From Botryllus schlosseri (lineage: Eukaryota): 64,000 nt of DNA. Where the stretch lies: positions 2,110,001 to 2,174,000 of the forward strand of contig CM119372.1 in NCBI GenBank assembly GCA_051294905.1, read 5' to 3'. Each line of letters begins with the position of its first letter. Position 1 is the stretch's first letter. The notes below the pieces were generated by a model, which worked only from the letters and a program-made list of their open reading frames with translations, had not been told where the DNA came from and made no database searches. This document shows, piece by piece, positions 53,911 to 64,000 of this stretch. The translations under genes and the position numbers were made by a program.

Positions 53911-54416
53911 CCAGCAAAGGTCGACTCAACGCATATTACGGTAACCGAGTTCAGATATAGATACGATTGTTACATCACACCTTAGGGGCGAGCAAGCATA
54001 TTTGCCCCGGTTGCTCGGCCATTTTACGAATAGGAGAGACTAAATCACCGTTTCTTTACTGTGCGCGGCTTTGAGAGAATAGATAGTGAAAGCTTGTTAT
54101 GAGTAGAGCCCGACCGATTATCGGCTCGCCGATAATATCGAGTCGATATCACGCTTGGAGAGAAATATCGGTATCGGCCGTTGAAGGTAAAAAAATATCG
54201 GCCATTTTCGTGACGTCACAACATGGTGACAGGGAGTCAGAGAAGTCGATAGAAGACGTGAGGACGGTAAATTATAAAAAATAAATGACCATGCTGCACA
54301 TAGTGCATACTCCATACAGGCAGTAGGCGTGCCTATCTGAAAAATATCATGGATTACTAACCACCGTTATGCCCCACTGACTTTGTGGGAATCCCCCTGC
54401 AGTAATCGATCACAGT

Positions 54417-55683
54417 CAGAGATGGCCACAGTCCGGTTCAGGAGCCGGAGCCGGAGCAGGATTTTGATCAATTTTACTGCAGCCGGATCGGAGCCGGATT
54501 CTGAAACTGCCGTATGAGCCGGATTTAAACAGGATTTGATATTCATACCAAATATTGGGTGATAAAGGTTCAAGATATCTTATAGTCAATGAAAAAAGCG
54601 GCTTCGATATTACTTCCGTAGTTAAATGCATTCATTGCTATGGATCAAGCCCAGGCTGGTTCCGACAATAAGTGACAACGTTGAAACCGCTGACACCGGT
54701 CACGTAGTTGAAATGCGTAAGCAACATAAGTAAAGTTTCTGCAGTGATGAGATTACTGCTGGAAGAGATGAGGACGAAGGCCGGCTCCAGCAAGCGAGCT
54801 GCAGAAGTGTTTGTTTTCGAATGCAGTTGTTCCTCAGATATTGATTCTTATCCTTCCTGTTCATCAGCCATTAGGGTACTTGATATCAGTTGTCAGGATG
54901 ACAGAAAAGCGAGTTGTCGGTGTTGTTGCAGAGGTAACTGGTGGTTCTGATTTCTGATATCATTTGGAATGATTGTGTGGTGTGCTAATGCATGAATATA
55001 TGCTGGCATGGTCAATCGGTCATGTTTATAATTTCGGAAACACACTAGAACTGAAGTACCAGCGGTACTATCTGATTGATTGTGCACATCATCATGCTGA
55101 TTATATAATATTATATATATTTCCTATTCATTGCTGCTCTCAAGTGATCATATTGATTGATTCATCCATTTTGTTTGATACATGTCTGTTCTGTGACTAT
55201 GCCACTTCTTGTAAAAATTCAGTTCCATCTTCAGTAGTAGTATAGGCCTAGTTGTCTTGGCCAAGTCACAATGCACAATATCTGATTTTGTTGTTGGCAT
55301 CATGGCTTGCCTGGGTTACTATGTTTACCTCCTCCGCAAAGCAATTAATATTGCTTTCTCTGTTCTCACAGTCTTTTTAGCTCATTTCCCCTGCCTAGTT
55401 CCTACTACTTGCATTTATATTCAAGATATATACCGTACCTAACATTATTGATTTGAAATATGATATAAATGAACCCTTGTAAGGCATTACTTTATACTAA
55501 TTTGTTGATTATAATGTTCATATCTGTTTTGCAGGCTATATTTAATGTGAAATAGCACTAAAGCAATAGCAGGATTTTTTCGGATCCTAATTTTGTTGCT
55601 CAACTGTCGGACTCCGAAAACCTATTTGACTGTCGGATCAGGACGGATACGGATTCCCAAAATCTGGAATCCGCCCATCTCTG
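54417..55683. mobile_element. hAT-type non-autonomous element (CAGAGATGG family)
   Basis: TIRs CAGAGATGG / CCATCTCTG with 8-bp TSD atcacagt. Subterminal CCGG-rich repeats are shared with 52158-52431. Confidence 0.85.
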
Positions 55684-56259
55684 ATCACAGTATAGAGTAT
55701 GACTGGAGTGACGACTCGATTGTTCTCCCATTGTTAGCCGGCAGAATGGTCACGGTCAGATGGATGCACCCAAAACAGAATAGCTCAGTGCTTGTTTCAA
55801 TGGCGTTCAAGGCGATTCGTCGTGTATTTCTTGAAGTTGCTTCGGAATTAGTTAGACAGTTCAACATTTAGGTAGCGGTGGCGAGTCGTTATGACCAGTG
55901 AATAATACTGTGTAGCCTATGTTACATTTCTCACGAGATTGATGTGATATTGTGGCTTTGATCCTTTGTAGAGTTTGCTACATATATGAATATAATGACA
56001 AAAGGTATAGAATATCTGGTTCGTGTGCATTGGCTATTGTGAGATGAATTCATGGAAAGAAAGACTGAAGAATACTACAAAGTGAACAAGTGGAAAGATC
56101 TTGAACTATACCGATATGCAATTCACAATATCGTTGATTGAAAATATGTCCTATATTAACTGCAGAAACTCGAGTATAAATATAACAAACAATATTGCAA
56201 CTGTCTTGTAGTCTTATATAATGCCTGTCCGATAACCGCAGAAACTTGAGTATGACTAG

Positions 56260-57495
56260 CAGGACCGTAACTGCCGCACCCCAAACCCCCCAATTGGGGG
56301 GCGAGCTCGAAGGGGGGCCAAAATTATTTCGCGAATTAGCATAAATTATTGAGTATTTTTCAAAAATTTATGCAACTTTTTCAAAAATTTTTCGCGCTTC
56401 GTGCGATTTCAAGTTGCCAACTTTCTTAGTTATTTGGTAGCCTACTCTTCCCCAAGACAAAATACGCAAGATTTATCGAAATGGACATATCGGCGAGACA
56501 TTTAAAGTTTTAGAACATGTAACATGCGACTCCAAGAAGTGTGCCAGAACGATCTGGGCCAAAAAGGACTGCCCGCTTACGCTGACCGAAAACTTCGTTA
56601 TCTATGCAAAATGCATATAGGTTTAATTGTCCATGGGCGCCTAAATGACTGGCGCCGAATGTTCCTGTCTTGGCAATCTGAACCTCAGAAGACAAATACC
56701 ATTCCGCAGGGAAAAATAGTATGCCCGTAAAGAAATACCAATACGAAATCGTGTGCGTCGTTAAGTCTAGTACATTTGGGCGATTCTGTATTTTTTGATA
56801 TAACAGACAGGAGATCACGAAATGACATCATGAAACGAAGTCATACCAACGGGGCCGCCCGCCCGAATATGTTTAATTATTATTTACGGGCCCTACAGTT
56901 TCCAAGCCACCTCATTCAGCTCTACCGGTAATCTGACAACGTGAACAGAGAGAACAAGAAATTGATTGCAATATATATGCAATTCCCAATATCATTGACC
57001 GATTTTATCATGAATTATCGAATATTTTCGCGCCTCGCGCTGGCTCACTAAACTGTGGCCCTGATTTCGTGACAAAAGCGAACAACGTGATGGGGGGGGG
57101 GGCGGTTTATCGCCCTATGGGAGCCCAAGACCCAAGTTTTATTGGGGGGCCTGGCCAAGTGCTGTTTCGTTCCTGCGAACGGGTATACGCCCGAAGATGT
57201 TCAATTATTATTGAGGGGTCCTACCATTTCAAACACGCCTCACTCAGGTCTACCGTTAAATCTGATTACGTGGGCAGAGAGAGGATAAAAATTGATAACA
57301 ATATATATTCAATTCCTGATCATATTGATAATATGAAATTATAAATTTTGATATTTTTCGCGCGAACAACCAAAGCTGCCCCATTAAATGGACGGTGAGC
57401 ACAGATGATGAGTAGCAGTAAATAGCGTATAGCCAAAGGGGGGTCTATCACCAACGTTTTTTGGGGGGGGCTGACGAAGTGCTGTTACGGCTCTG
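56260..57495. mobile_element. hAT-type non-autonomous element (level 4 of the nest)
   Basis: Imperfect TIRs CAGGACCGTAAC / GTTACGGCTCTG with TSD atgactag / ataactag. Confidence 0.7.
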
Positions 57496-57831
57496 ATAAC
57501 TAGAACAAGAGCCTTGTGTAATGTTAATGTTCTGCTTGAGCTCGACTCACAATAGCCAGAGCTTACTCCTTGAAAGTGTGCAAAATCGCACTTGAAGGGA
57601 ACTCGTTGTCATTGCCAAGAACACAGGAAGACGTCTGCCGGTCGACATTAGTAGTAAGCCAATGCACCACGTCAAGGTTTCGACCAACGCATTGGTTTCC
57701 TTTTTTAGGTAGGGAATCTCAATGTGGATAGGCAGCATTTGCCACAGAGAGAAAAAACTACCATACTAACACTACCAAGAGGTTTGAAGGGACAGAAAAT
57801 GGTGGTAAAAGAGCATATTGTTCATTTTTTT

Positions 57832-58853
57832 TCAAGCCATCTCGCAAACTTTTGGAAAATTTGTGGAGGACTTTTTTTGCTTCTCATGCAATGCAAACTT
57901 TGCAAAATTGTGAGACAAGATGTTATTCAAGTGTCTCAATGCCTTGTCCATGACATCCTCAACCTCAATTAGGTCTGAGTCAGATTGAAGTGACACAGTA
58001 TGAATTAATTTGTTATAGAATGGATCACAGTGAATTGCGTCAAGTACCCTGAAAAACTTGATCTTTTTCAGGGGTTTTGCCATTTCTTTACTGAGGATAA
58101 CATAAAAGCGGAGAACCATGCCATGAAACTGTTCAGACAGGCTCTTCAATCCACCAACTTTCTTCTGCATCACTTTAATGAGGTTTCCCGATGGCGCTGC
58201 AGATGTTAGGCATGTGGCAATTGCTTCGTTAGCTTGCTTAGAAATGGCTCCCAAAAGCACTCCACCAATATATTCAAGTATATCTAAAAACATGTCAAAG
58301 TTTTTCCATGGAAAGGCAAAGTATCAAAGGCTATTTACTTACCAGATTCCTTGCTGTTGACTCCTCCAATCTTTGTGATTGGATCCTGTTCTTTACCGCA
58401 CACGAGAGAATCAAACATCTTCAAAAGTAATGCTGAAGCTGGCAGTTGCGGCAAACCCAGCAACTTGTTAGCTTGGTGACAGATATTAAAATAATGTTGA
58501 TGCAATCCGTCAACACCAAGTTTGCAATATTCAGAATGGAGTTGTTTCACCAATGGAACAGCTTTGGTCACGTCTAGTTCCTCGAATGATGGGGCGCATT
58601 CAAAGTATTTTTGCAATTTACACAAGCCCTCTTCAAAACAGCAATTACAGCATCCCTCAGATATATCCCGAGTACTGGTGGCAACTTCATGATTTTTGTA
58701 ATGTTTTTTCAGAGCTTTCACAGTCGGAAAGGATGCTTCGCATTCCTCACAAATCACACCTTTCCAGTTATCGAGTCCTTCGAAACATTCTTCAATTTCC
58801 ATTTCAGTTAGTCCCTCCCAGTCATCCCCAAGTGATGCAGCTGAATCAGTCAT
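57832..58853 (-). CDS. Transposon-borne two-exon protein (about 320 aa) with an N-terminal C2H2 zinc finger
   Basis: Exons 58853-58343 and 58283-57832 are joined by a 59-nt phase-1 gtaagt..tttttag intron. Zinc finger CEECEASFPTVKALKKHYKNH; later motif LEYIGGV...VGGLKSLS. Confidence 0.7.
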
Positions 58854-59145
58854 GATACCGATTTCTATCCGTGACGAAATATGATCTAAATCTGGCGAAA
58901 AATATAACAGAGGCTACACGGTATTATTCACTAGTCATAATGACTCGCCACCGCTACCTAAATGTTGAACTGTCTAACTAATTCCGACGCAACTTCAAGA
59001 AACACACGAAGAATCGCCTTGAACGCCATTGAAACAAGCACTGAGCTATTCTGTTTTGGGTGCATCCATCTGACCGTGACCATTCTGCCGGCTAACAATG
59101 GGAGAACAATCGAGTCGTCACTCCAGTCATACTCTATAATCACAG

Positions 59146-59722
59146 TATAGATAACTAACCTACGGATAGATATACAACACCCGTCGTCACGCTTGCTTGC
59201 CCGGAGGAAAATACTGCTCAACAATCTGAACGCAACGTAATTGCCCATCCCGTAGCTGACGACCCGAGCCCTCAAATTGAATAAAGTTGATCTTATCTGA
59301 AAGCTACTGTCGCACTGATTCCGAAAATATACATTAAAATCAGATCAGGACGATGGAACCGCCTCGAAATACACCGCAAAGTCTGAAAATCGGCATTGTT
59401 CTGAACAATCGCAACCACGCAAGGGGCATTGGTATGGCCATTGTGGTGTGTCGCTGCGATTGTTTAGAACAATGCCGATTTTCAGACTTTGAAGGCTATT
59501 TCGGGATGGTTCCATTGCCTTGATGAGACTGTAAAGTACATTTTCTGAATCAGTGCGACAGTAGCTTTCAAATAAGATTAAATTTATTTAATTTGAGCGT
59601 TTGGGTCGCAAGCTGTGGGATTGGCAATTACGTTGCGTTCAGATTGCTGAGCAGTATTTTCCTCCGGGCAAGCAAGCGTGACGACGGGTGTTGTATATCT
59701 ATCCGTAGGTTAGTTATCTATA
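59146..59722. mobile_element. Foldback MITE with 7-bp TSD (P-like, inferred)
   Basis: Almost wholly palindromic, with termini TATAGATAACTAACCTACGG and TSD atcacag (59139-59145 and 59723-59729). Confidence 0.85.
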
Positions 59723-62700
59723 ATCACAGAGAGCAGCTGGGTGGATTGGATAGTTGTCTGCAGAAGATTTCAATCAGTAAGAGAAATGAGAACATCAATC
59801 ATGTTGGACTGACCCTCGTCATGATAGAGAAAAGCGTCTCGTCGAAACATTTCTCGGAAGATAGTGCTATTGGTTCGGTACCAACAGAGCTACCAGTAAT
59901 GCATGAAGTCGTCTAGGACTGAGGCCTTCGGGGCCACCATGATAGGAAATATGCGAGCATAGAGGGCAAGAAAATCAAGCAAACGTGGAGTAAAGCCAAT
60001 AATTGATACGAAAATTTTTAATTCCATGATGACATAGGCCAATTCTGACAAAAGAGCGTAAAATATTGATCAATTGATTGTTTGAATGCTGGTCATGGTC
60101 AAGGCCCAAGGGGGATGGATGGGTGGAGCAATTGCAGACGTGGACAATTTCAGTTGTTTTGCACATTCCCTTCATCTATTTGTTAACGATGTGCTGAAGG
60201 CTCCAGGTGCACTGCCAGAAGAATATCAATAATAATATCAATATTTGGTGAAACCATTGAAGAAAAGATCCCCTGCAAGGGAGCGGTGGAACCCAAATGA
60301 AGAAAGATTTCCAATTCTTGCTGTGCCACTAACTATGGTACCAAGTGAAAGACTGCTCACTATGTTTAGTACTTTATACATTATTTATGGAAGACCACAG
60401 AAGTTCATTCCTTGGAGAAAGAGCCGAGAAATTGTGCTTCGTGAACTGTAATCTGCAACTGCTGGATTGGTGCTTTTGATATATTTTTATAGCCCCTAGA
60501 TCATTTATTTCATGTTCAAGCATATCAATGGCTGTAAAGTTGTTGAAATAAATGCTCTGAGTTGTTAAAATTGGGCCTTGAGCTAGATTCCATATCTTTT
60601 GAATATCGGCTGAATATATCGGGGTTATCGGTGGAGGTACTGGATATCGGTCTTATCGGTATCGGCTCAGAAATCCAATATCGGTCGGGCTCTAGTTATG
60701 AGCGCTACCGGGGCAAGCCCCGGCTAGGCATTCACAAAGCGAAAACACAGAAGAGAATTCGATTTTCGCAGAGACTTCGCTATGTATGGGCGTTTGCAAG
60801 CGAAAGCACAAGAAGAACGCGGGTTTCGCTGTGATCTCGGTATATATTGATTGCTGTGCGTCTATAAATGGTTAAATTGTTATTGAACAGAATTTTAGGT
60901 GGGGCAATGCCCCAGTTGCCCTATAGGACGAGCCGCCACTGATCTCACGGGTGTGTAGATGGGTAGTGTATTCACTCTTTGCATCTTCAATTTGTTCCAA
61001 CTTATCGAGGTTTCTTATTCGAGCCTCTACTTTGATTGAATTACAGACCGGGTCTATGTAGGCTAGCTACTCGCGCATTTTATTAGCAGTTCAAGGTAAG
61101 TGTGAGCGATACAACTCCTTTTTTTATGTATATTTAACTTTATATTCGGTATTTGATTGAGAATAAATGGCGAATCACTTTGTCTTTCAAACAGCTAGCA
61201 AAATATACTGACTTTGAATCACCTCGATACTTCGAAAATTCAATGAGACTTGAATTGTGACTTTGACTCGAGTCATCTCCACAAATCGAGTGACTTGACT
61301 TTACTCGAGTCAAAATGAGAAATGAATCGAAGGTATGATGGGATGTTGGCTGTCGAAAGTCATACAGAATATACAGAAAGATTCAAAACGAAGCGGTTCG
61401 TGATTGATATTTTAGTGGGAGCTGCTGCAGAAGCACGCGTGAAGCATGTTATTAGGCTACTATATCTTGCTTGTTATGATTCCCTTGATTACTAGCTTAT
61501 CTTTCCGTTGCCTTCAGTTCGGTGTCAGTGCATCTTGTAGAAACTAAATCTAAATTATGATATAGGTCTTCGAGCCATGTTGCCATCCTCTTAAAAATTC
61601 CCTCAATATATATACATAAATTACATATAGGGGTGGATTCATACCCACCATACCCCCACAATACTTTGCAAAGTCTCGTGCGGATTGGTGTCTATAGCTG
61701 TTCATGTTTAGGCCCTTCATTCTTTGCCACTGGGTTGGAACCTTTTCACATCCACGATCCACGTTTGCATCGACTGTATAAATTTCCCGTATTTACTTCT
61801 CTTTGTAACTTGTAAAGTCCTCTTTTTTCGGATCTTAAAATCTGGTAACCATATTCAAATGGTATGCCTGTCGAGCGGCAAGATCGAGCAATTTCCAGCT
61901 GACTAGCAGTGAAAACAATTTATCCTCAGGTTCCTATATTGGCATGTAGACACAATGACTCGGACATGCAATACTGCTCGAGATATCTTGTATTTTGACA
62001 CTTTTATTTTTGTAAGTGCTTCTCACTTTGCCGTTGACTTTGGTCTTAAGACTCTGAAAATGAGAAAATAGGAGTGGTCAGTAAATCCCGTGTTGATACT
62101 ACTCAATGTACTATTCACCCGACCCAAGGAAATATTTAAATCATGCGACCCATAAGAGGAGGGCATATTATAGGCCTATGACTGAAATTTAAACTGTTAA
62201 AAGTAACGGATTTTCGGAACGAAATGGATAACAGCTTTAGCTAAACCCACACTCTTACGAATAGAGTATGCATTCACACCCAAAGGGTGGTACTCGAAAA
62301 CGGAACCTAATCAGAATTATATCACGGTTACGGCCCCTACGTGCCCACTGCCCATACGTGCATACCTTCCTACGTCCCCATGTGCAAGCATCATCTGGAT
62401 TAAAATGATGTGTCTGATTTATAGCGTGGTGTAGGTCTGAGGTACGATTTGGTTTCGTATATGCATGTTCACAGTTCACACCCGTATATCGCTAAGAGTG
62501 CACGGTGTAAGACAAAACTCAATTCTACTGGGACGATGAGAAGTGTGGATTTCAAGCTTAATTTAAATGAAAACTTTAAGTTGAAAATAGCATAGAGACC
62601 AAAACAGTATTCAATGAATTTATTGACGTAATTTGCTTCAATAGCTGTTCAAGTCAACGAGACGTCTCTGGTCAATCAAAGTTGTCAACAAGCTCTTGAA

Positions 62701-62974
62701 ACTCTGGCTGCAAGTCGGACGTGGAAACCCTTAGTAAAGACTGCACGTGGACATCAGTTAGATTGGAACGCATAGCTTTAGCAGTGGGGATTGCGACAGA
62801 CTGCGGAGTGCGGACGCAGGTCTCATTACCATGCAATACCGGAAACTATCTGCGGGCCGCTCAAAATCCGTATGTTTCCCGCCACCAAAATATATCCTCA
62901 TGCTCACCACTGCAATCGGAGGCATCAGTGGTTTCATAATTCCTATATTGCCAAGGAACAAGACTTACCTAGTT

Positions 62975-63124
62975 CTATTGATCGTAGTAACCTTTTGATT
63001 CGACTTCATCCATACCGTAGTATCCTCTGGATTCGTCCTCGTCGGCTTCGTCGTAATAGCCGAGTTCCTCGTCACCGGGCCACGCACGCCTGCGACTCAA
63101 ACTCACTCTACGTCTGCGCCGTCT
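62975..63124 (-). pseudogene. Second copy of the Arg-rich/GYY peptide gene; 5' part replaced or displaced by a LINE insertion
   Basis: Reads RRRRRRVSLSRRRAWPGDEELGYYDEADEDESRGYYGMDEVESKGYYDQ*. It has the same post-stop intron (62968-62910), 3'UTR and AATAAA (62619-62624) as the first copy. No signal peptide is visible, and a LINE 3' tail begins immediately upstream at about 63135. Confidence 0.75.
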
Positions 63125-63134
63125 ATATAGTTCG

Positions 63135-64000
63135 GTTCGATTTATTAGCAATTTTTAACAGTTCAATACACCGCGAAAAATTGCCATACAATGAAAAAAA
63201 GGTGTCGACTAGTATTCATGTAGTAGAAATGGCTTGTATTTCGATTTGATTGTGGACACTCGGCATGCTCGTCGACTGTCGGATATCCGGCGGGATACTG
63301 CTCCACACGTCAGGTCCGGCGCATTTGATTAAGCGAGGATGTTTTTGATCGATAATATGAAAATGGGCGACATTGACGCGCGTGTGTCGTAGCGTACTTG
63401 TGCGCTATTGATTCCAAGGTAAAGAACTCATGGAAATATTCGGGGCAATCACCGCAGTGGAACTGATACATAAATTTGGCGATTTCTAGTTTCCGCATAT
63501 ATATTTTATGTTTAAGACAACGAATCTCTTCGGCAGTGGCTTGTTGGATGAACAACCAGGCCCCTTTGGGACCCTGTCTATGATACGGAGTACCTTGTGT
63601 TGTAGTTTTCGCAGTGGATCGAGTGAAGTTTTACTAGCAGCCCCTAACAAGGTATGCCATATTGTAACTTCGCTTGGACTAAGGATGTAAAGAGTATTAG
63701 AAGAACCCAGCCTGGCATGAAGCGTCTAAGGCCGTACAACAGGACACACTTCGGTGATAATTCAGCGTGCAGGGACTGAATATGACTCCTCCAAGACATG
63801 TCCGGGTCCAGTAAACCCCGAGGTATTTGGCATTTTTCGACTTGGAAATGGACTGACGGTTATTTGTTTTTATTTTACTTTCAACAATTGGGATTTCGAG
63901 GCGTTTATGCAAAGGTTATTTTGCGCCGTCCACTCATGCACTTTGGGCATTTGATCACCAGTGAGGGCATCCAACCGTGCCGTCGAGGATGCGGAAGAGA
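63135..64000 (-). mobile_element. Degenerate copy of the same LINE family (3' part, runs off the window)
   Basis: Colinear with about 44045-45095, with frameshifts and stops (fragments MRKLEIAKFMYQFHCG.. and NAKYLGV). Confidence 0.9.

Larger units (their letters stand above)
55691..59138. mobile_element. Long-TIR DNA transposon with 7-bp TSD (P/Galileo-like, inferred)
   Basis: Inverted repeats of about 230 bp (55691-55918 and 58911-59138) start TATAGAGTATGACTGGAG. TSD atcacag on both sides. Confidence 0.8.
54104..60694 (+). mobile_element. Degenerate hAT transposon (level 2 of the nest) with C-terminal dimerisation-domain remnant
   Basis: TIRs TAGAGCCCGACCGAT / ATCGGTCGGGCTCTA with 8-bp TSD gttatgag. 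The remnant W..NEERFPILA..P.TMVPSERL..FST lies at about 60280-60370. Confidence 0.85.
51729..60941. mobile_element. Outer hAT-type non-autonomous element (level 1 of the nest)
   Basis: TIRs CAGTGGCGGCTCGT / ACGAGCCGCCACTG with a perfect 8-bp TSD atctcacg (51721-51728 and 60942-60949). Confidence 0.85.

Noticed and set aside
55593..55871. Duplicate ORFs at 55593-55871 and 58958-59275
   Set aside because: They are reading frames through the transposon's terminal inverted repeats.

Overview
Intron-rich, transposon-dense animal DNA, most likely an ascidian (tunicate); this is inferred from the peptide precursor architecture, not proven. Splice phases allow two multi-exon + strand genes to be reconstructed: an XK-related (XKR, scramblase-family) membrane protein (9 coding exons, 294-14612, about 667 aa) and an activin type II receptor (ACVR2-like, about 16988-36213, about 636 aa, with a long acidic tail). 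The right part (about 40-64 kb) is a locally duplicated region. It carries one intact and one LINE-abutted copy of a small secreted precursor: signal peptide, Arg/Trp-rich cationic core ending W-P-G, and an acidic tail of three basic-residue-preceded Gly-Tyr-Tyr repeats. This is the most interesting item, a candidate new host-defence peptide family and possibly a ribosomal precursor of tunichrome-like DOPA peptides. The region also holds a 5'-truncated CR1/L2-type LINE with an open 913-aa ORF and a four-level transposon nest (51729-60941). In that nest three different elements are stacked at one ATCACAG site, and one of them encodes a spliced C2H2 zinc-finger protein. All calls come from manual reading, with no database searches.
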